From: Candidatus Gottesmanbacteria bacterium
GTDB lineage: Bacteria; Patescibacteriota; Microgenomatia; UBA10105
DNA length: 64,000 nt
Direction: 5' to 3'
Assembly: GCA_023245415.1 (NCBI GenBank)
Contig: JAHFKJ010000004.1
Coordinates: 2,798-66,797 of the forward strand
The notes below the pieces were generated by a model. It made no database searches, was not told where the DNA came from, and was given only the letters and a program-made list of their open reading frames with translations. The translations under genes were made by a program, and so were the position numbers. Below are positions 59,275 through 64,000 of the stretch, piece by piece. How positions within the stretch are numbered: the stretch's first letter is position 1; every line of letters starts with the position of its first letter.

Positions 59275-61224
59275 ATGTTTCAAAATTACAATCTCTCATA
59301 TAAAAAAATCCTGCCGCTTGCAGCAATAGTATTTATCATCGGAACAGTTTTTCTGACGTCTTTTTTTCTGCAGCGGCAAAATCAGGAATTGCGCAGCCGG
59401 GCCCAGGTTTATCCAACCTGTCCATCAGATCAATGTTATGCTTCAAATTGTCCTACTGGAATGAGTCCAGTCGGAGGTACCTGTACAAACGCTAGTGATA
59501 TTTGTTGTGCAACTACCGGATCAACGTGCCTGCCACCCAACCAATGCGTGGCTTCATCCCAATGTCCTCCTTCCAGAATCGCCGGCGGGACGTGTACTAA
59601 CCAAGTTTGCTGTGCTCCACAAGTTTGTTCACCAGGATCATACACATGCGAAAGCAATGGCGATATCAGAGTTTGTAATAGTGACGGATCAGGATATGAT
59701 TTCGTCCGTTCTTGTAGACTTCCAGAGTATTGTGTAGCAGGTAATCCAAATTGTTTAACACTTCCATCACCTACCCCAACAAGTGTTCCAAATTGTCCGG
59801 CTGACCAATGCTATGTCTCTCCTAGCTGTCCCAGCGGTACAACCCTTCGCGCAGGTGGTATTTGCAGTAATCAGTCAGCGTTATGCTGTGAGCCAATCGG
59901 ACCAGCTTGTCAATCTCCTGACCAATGCGTGCTACCTGCTGATTGTCCCACTACACGACGGACCGGGGGAAACTGTATCGGAGGCGGAAATGTCTGCTGC
60001 AGTCCGCAAGTATGTACTCCTAACTCATATAAATGCGAAAGTAACGGTGATATTCGCAAATGCAAATCAGATGGCAGCGGATATGACCTGATAACTCATT
60101 GTTCGCCTCCAAATTATTGTGTCGACGGCAATCCCAGCTGTATTGCCCTTAATCCGTCACCAACGCCTGCCACTAAGTACGCCTGCCAGAGTAATGGATC
60201 GTGTGTAGTGAGCATAAATGGAAATTTTGATAATCTTTCACAATGCAGAGCCAACTGTGATATACCCCCAACTTATACTTGTTATCAGTGTAGTAATAAC
60301 CAATGTCAGACATTTACATCAACCACAAACTGTACAACCAATTGCAACGCCTGCCAACAACCGCCAACATACACCTGTTATAAATGTAATGGCAGTGCAT
60401 GTGAAACATATACTTCAACTACAGCGTGCGCCACCAGCTGTAATTCGTGCCAACCGCCTCCTTCTTACACCTGTTATTACTGCAGCAATAATGCATGCGA
60501 ATCAAATATATCAAATAGCCCCTGCACGACAGACTGTAGTTCCTGCCAAATCCAACCTCCTACCTATACCTGTTACGACTGCAACGGCAATGCTTGTGTA
60601 AGTTTTGACTCAACTTCGAGTTGTACTACCAGCTGTAATTCATGTCCGCCAGCACCTGTATATTCGTGTTCCCGCTGTAACGGCAATGTATGTGAAACCT
60701 ATACATCAACAACCAGCTGCAGTACTGACTGCAATGCCTGTCAATCTGTAAATCTAGCCGCTTTGTATGTCAAACTGCGTTTTGAAGGCGTAAAACTGCA
60801 GAGACCAAACAAACAGGTAAAAGTTGAATTGGAAAATATTACAACACCCGGCGTATATCAATTTACCCATTTAATCACCTTTACTTCTGATACAAATGGT
60901 ATTTACCGCAACAGCAATAATCAAATCACCGGTATTACACCAGCCAATTACAATATTTACCTTTCCGGCCCATCTCATCTGCGCAAAAAAATTGCCGGCA
61001 TCACCCTCACAACAGGAACAAATGACATTGATCTATCGACTCAAGTATTGCTTGCCGGAGACATAGTTGATGATAATAAAGTAGATTTGGCAGATTATAA
61101 CCAAATGGTAATAGATTTGAGCCAAAACAACGTCACCAGTCTGTCTGATCTGGATTTTGACGGAGATGTCGATATTTATGACTTCAACTTGATGATGGGA
61201 GATTTTGGTAAGACTGGTGATTAA
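59275..61224 (+). CDS. secreted/anchored Cys-rich tandem-repeat protein with C-terminal dockerin-like Ca-binding repeats
   Basis: N-terminal TM; two ~115 aa Cys-rich modules (CP.DQCY...CESNGDIR.C.SDGSGYD); seven ~31 aa repeats PPTYTCYxCNxxxCxTxTSTTxCxTxCNxC; C-terminus DIVDDNKVDLADYN...LDFDGDVDIYDFN. Confidence 0.6.
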   Translation: MFQNYNLSYKKILPLAAIVFIIGTVFLTSFFLQRQNQELRSRAQVYPTCPSDQCYASNCPTGMSPVGGTCTNASDICCATTGSTCLPPNQCVASSQCPPSRIAGGTCTNQVCCAPQVCSPGSYTCESNGDIRVCNSDGSGYDFVRSCRLPEYCVAGNPNCLTLPSPTPTSVPNCPADQCYVSPSCPSGTTLRAGGICSNQSALCCEPIGPACQSPDQCVLPADCPTTRRTGGNCIGGGNVCCSPQVCTPNSYKCESNGDIRKCKSDGSGYDLITHCSPPNYCVDGNPSCIALNPSPTPATKYACQSNGSCVVSINGNFDNLSQCRANCDIPPTYTCYQCSNNQCQTFTSTTNCTTNCNACQQPPTYTCYKCNGSACETYTSTTACATSCNSCQPPPSYTCYYCSNNACESNISNSPCTTDCSSCQIQPPTYTCYDCNGNACVSFDSTSSCTTSCNSCPPAPVYSCSRCNGNVCETYTSTTSCSTDCNACQSVNLAALYVKLRFEGVKLQRPNKQVKVELENITTPGVYQFTHLITFTSDTNGIYRNSNNQITGITPANYNIYLSGPSHLRKKIAGITLTTGTNDIDLSTQVLLAGDIVDDNKVDLADYNQMVIDLSQNNVTSLSDLDFDGDVDIYDFNLMMGDFGKTGD

Positions 61225-61243
61225 AAAATATACAAATCAATTT

Positions 61244-61948
61244 TTAGGCAACTTTAGGCAAAAATGATGTATCCACAAAATACTGGTGCGGATTGGCGGG
61301 ATTTATAACAACTGGAATCTGCTTATTTTGAATAAACCGGGTTGGATCCATCCATAAATCTCCACTTTTAAATACATATAGTTTATTATCCTGAGGGTTT
61401 AACCACTGGCAGACGATATTGGTACCCTTTTCTCCGTTGACTTCAACCAAGCCTTCTCCGAGAGATACAAAGTCAGCCATTACTTTTTGCCCGTGAATTT
61501 TGAGCCAGGCATTGGTTTGCTTCTTCTTAATTTGAAACATGATAATACACCCGCCGATGCCAAAAAATATCACGCCCAAAAGACCCATAATTGCTGGCAA
61601 AAACCACAAATCCATAAATGAATCAATTTTTGCGTTATCTGGATTTGAATTTTCATAATATAACGTAACTTTATCTCCGACTTTGTGAGCGGGCGGATTT
61701 GTTCCACTGCTCGAAATATATTCATGACTTTCACCGTTCGTAGACTGAAAACTCACTTTCGGCCGGTACGTCCTACTGCCTTCGGAATCCTGAGAACTAA
61801 TCAGCTCTACTACTTTTCCTTGAGCTCTATCTGCAGTATGGATAAATTTATAATTTGCAACTCCCACAAATATGGATATCACAAGAAAAGGCAATCCGAC
61901 GATGGAGAAAACTAAACCTATGATGGATAACGCATTTGCTTTAAACAT
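61244..61948 (-). CDS. DUF3592-like membrane protein
   Basis: 234 aa; TM followed by Y/W-rich beta segments (GDKVTLYYENSNPDNAKID), pattern repeated. Confidence 0.5.
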   Translation of the reverse strand: MFKANALSIIGLVFSIVGLPFLVISIFVGVANYKFIHTADRAQGKVVELISSQDSEGSRTYRPKVSFQSTNGESHEYISSSGTNPPAHKVGDKVTLYYENSNPDNAKIDSFMDLWFLPAIMGLLGVIFFGIGGCIIMFQIKKKQTNAWLKIHGQKVMADFVSLGEGLVEVNGEKGTNIVCQWLNPQDNKLYVFKSGDLWMDPTRFIQNKQIPVVINPANPHQYFVDTSFLPKVA

Positions 61949-62054
61949 AAATTACTACTCTAAGAGTAGATAAATCCTTTAATTTAAGCTAAACAAGAAC
62001 CCTACAATTTATTTATACTCTAATACTTGGACAAATGAAAATATATGTCAACAT

Positions 62055-63047
62055 TTACCTTAAGTATTTATTGAAAAAATCGACATCCCGCGCCACTACC
62101 ATTTTCCAGCTTCCGGACAAATTATGATCCGCACCCGTATAGGTATAATATGCAATAGTTTTACCCTTGTCTTGGATTAAATCTACAAATTCATCACTCC
62201 ACTTTTTTGGCACTGCATCATCTTGTGTACCTTGGTGTAATTGTAACGGAGATTGAATATAGTCTAAGTAATTACGCATTGAATAAAGTTCAACATCATA
62301 CATGGATTCAAATTGAGCCAATTTTTGGCGCAGCATTTTCCCCCGATCGTCAAACTCATCGGTATAGTAAAGAATCGAATACGGAAATGGTTTGGTTACG
62401 GGAGCCCATACCGACGTTGGGTAGGATTTATTGACAATTTCCAAGACCGTTAAGGCTATCTGTCCGCCATTACTATGTCCCCAGATTCCCACTTTTCCCG
62501 CGTCAGTTTGCGGTAGTGTGGAAACAGAAGCTAATAAATTAAGGGCAGTTGTATATGTCTCAAACCGCTCTGCAAATACATCAGCAGATGGCGAAGCTGA
62601 ACCTCCATAACCCAAAAAATCCGGAGCCAAAGATATGAAACCATTTTGCGCAAAGACTTCGGCGCTTCGTTGTGTGCCGATTCCGGGTGCATATTTTTCT
62701 TTCTCAACAAAACCGCGAAACTGCACTATTGCCGGAAATTTTTGACCCGGTTTACCTATAGGAATATGTACAAGTCCGGTGATTTTTTTCCCGTCAGAAT
62801 CAAAATGGAATTTGTGAGTAGTAAAATCTTGGGCAGATGCTATTTGTTCATCCAGAATAATCTGGCTTGGTTTAAACTCGCGCCGGCGTAAAGTCTCAAT
62901 CGTATATTTTTCTAAAGGTTTAACTTTTGGAGTCTGGTTTTCTGCAACTGGGGATAAGTATTTTCTTATTGAATAATTATTTATAAATATCAAAGTCGTC
63001 AAACTACCAGTAGCTAATCCAAGAATTAATCCAATCCAAATTTTCAT
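62055..63047 (-). CDS. alpha/beta hydrolase (S9/dienelactone hydrolase-like)
   Basis: Signal anchor; nucleophile elbow GHSNGG; C-terminal D and H-containing segments (GTQDDAVP, GADHNL). Confidence 0.7.
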   Translation of the reverse strand: MKIWIGLILGLATGSLTTLIFINNYSIRKYLSPVAENQTPKVKPLEKYTIETLRRREFKPSQIILDEQIASAQDFTTHKFHFDSDGKKITGLVHIPIGKPGQKFPAIVQFRGFVEKEKYAPGIGTQRSAEVFAQNGFISLAPDFLGYGGSASPSADVFAERFETYTTALNLLASVSTLPQTDAGKVGIWGHSNGGQIALTVLEIVNKSYPTSVWAPVTKPFPYSILYYTDEFDDRGKMLRQKLAQFESMYDVELYSMRNYLDYIQSPLQLHQGTQDDAVPKKWSDEFVDLIQDKGKTIAYYTYTGADHNLSGSWKMVVARDVDFFNKYLR

Positions 63048-63152
63048 AGCATGAGTTTATCATACGGGGTAATACAAATAACTTAACAGGCAATCATTTC
63101 AGTCTTGACAAATAATGTGATAAGTGTATAATAATGAAAAAGTGTTTAAATA

Positions 63153-63455
63153 ATGAATTATATTGCATCCATTACTTCCCAAGGCCAACTCACGATCCCT
63201 AAACCGCTACGGGATGCATTTGGAATTTCCGGCCGGGCCAAAGTATACATTACCCAAAAAGGCGACAAAATAGAACTTAAACCATATAAGCCACGTGATA
63301 TTCTCTCTCTTTATGGAATTTTGAAAGAAAATCCAGTAGTTAAAGCCAATAAAGGTAAACCGCTTCAACAAATAATCGATGAAGAAAGTACGGCATTTGA
63401 GAAGGCAATCGTTGATAATGTTGTAGAAGAAATGGGTCTGCCGCCGCGAAAATGA
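63153..63455 (+). CDS. AbrB/MazE/SpoVT-type antitoxin (VapB-like)
   Basis: QGQLTIPKPLRDAFGISGRAKVYI swapped-hairpin motif; 4-nt overlap with the PIN gene. Confidence 0.65.
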   Translation: MNYIASITSQGQLTIPKPLRDAFGISGRAKVYITQKGDKIELKPYKPRDILSLYGILKENPVVKANKGKPLQQIIDEESTAFEKAIVDNVVEEMGLPPRK

Positions 63456-63838
63456 TCATTTACACACTTGATACCAACTGTCTGCTTCGCTATTTGACGC
63501 GCGACATTCCCACCCAAGCCAAAAAAGTCCGTAATTTGATGTCTACGGCCAAGAAACATCAGGTGCGTCTGTCTGTATGCGAACCAATTTTCATTGAAAC
63601 GGCAGTCATGCTGAAGAATTACTTTAAATACGACCGCGACAAAGTATTCTTACTACTATCTGACCTGTTGGCTGCACCAGAATTAGAAATTGAAAATCGT
63701 GACCGGCTCGCCAAAGCCACTGTCTTATATCACGAAACCTCGGTTGATTTTACCGACTGCATTCTCTTGATTTATGCTCAAACTCAGCGTTATAAGGTTT
63801 TTACTTTTGACTCAAAACTCGCCCAGATTACTGATTAA
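63452..63838 (+). CDS. vapC: PIN-domain toxin VapC
   Basis: MIIYTLDTNCLLRYL N-terminal Asp; conserved distal acidic residues (FDSKL). Confidence 0.75.
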   Translation: MIIYTLDTNCLLRYLTRDIPTQAKKVRNLMSTAKKHQVRLSVCEPIFIETAVMLKNYFKYDRDKVFLLLSDLLAAPELEIENRDRLAKATVLYHETSVDFTDCILLIYAQTQRYKVFTFDSKLAQITD

Positions 63839-63882
63839 CTCGTAATTATCTCTTCTTCATTTAAAGGTCGCCGTTGCGGATC

Positions 63883-64000
63883 TTAATCGAATCTGCCTGA
63901 TTCTTTTAATTCATGTTGGAAATTTTTTGAGACGAAGTCGATGCTATATTCGACCCATTCCAGAAGTTGTCTGTCAGTTTTGTATTCACCCTCGCTCACA
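63883..64000 (-). CDS. partial hypothetical CDS (C-terminal 38 codons; gene starts beyond window end)
   Basis: Open frame from window end to TAA at 63885-63883. Confidence 0.25.
   Translation of the reverse strand, partial: VSEGEYKTDRQLLEWVEYSIDFVSKNFQHELKESGRFD

Overview
This is a low-GC (~35-38%) bacterial window in the standard genetic code; TGA and TAA both terminate well-supported genes. The gene content is consistent with a small-genome Patescibacteria/CPR-like organism, but this is inferred from gene content alone (giant type IV pilin-like protein, DUF5667 secreted protein, GT39/GT2/DegT glycosylation cluster, many small hypothetical membrane proteins). The 5' third holds core and housekeeping genes: an FTR1 iron permease fragment, a folP-folK pair in which folK carries an in-frame TAA, greA, and a MarR-MacA-MacB-type efflux operon. 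It also holds several toxin-antitoxin pairs and a number of decayed gene fragments. The region ~25-47 kb is an accessory, repeat-rich island. It contains five paralogous RibD_C-type dihydrofolate-reductase-family genes arranged as a segmental duplication. It also contains a family of five ~55-bp repeats that sit at or inside the 3' ends of genes, two of them fused in-frame to unrelated genes. An HTH-GHKL ATPase + STAS-like two-gene module there is bracketed by ~130-bp direct repeats. Other island genes include an SRAP, PIN/Phd, an MFS transporter, a P-type ATPase and a Ca/Na antiporter. The island ends at a tRNA-Asn(GUU) gene that I read as interrupted by a ~198-nt group I intron (R/S elements, P1 with U.G). 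Around this tRNA sit three paralogous small GIY-YIG nuclease genes and degenerate duplicated tRNA/intron fragments. The 3' part of the window carries rpoD-dnaG, a glycosylation cluster, and a Cys-rich tandem-repeat protein with a dockerin-like tail. The DegT-like enzyme in the glycosylation cluster appears to have His in place of the PLP lysine (ColD-like). A VapBC pair closes the window. No CRISPR array, rRNA or recognisable integrase was found.
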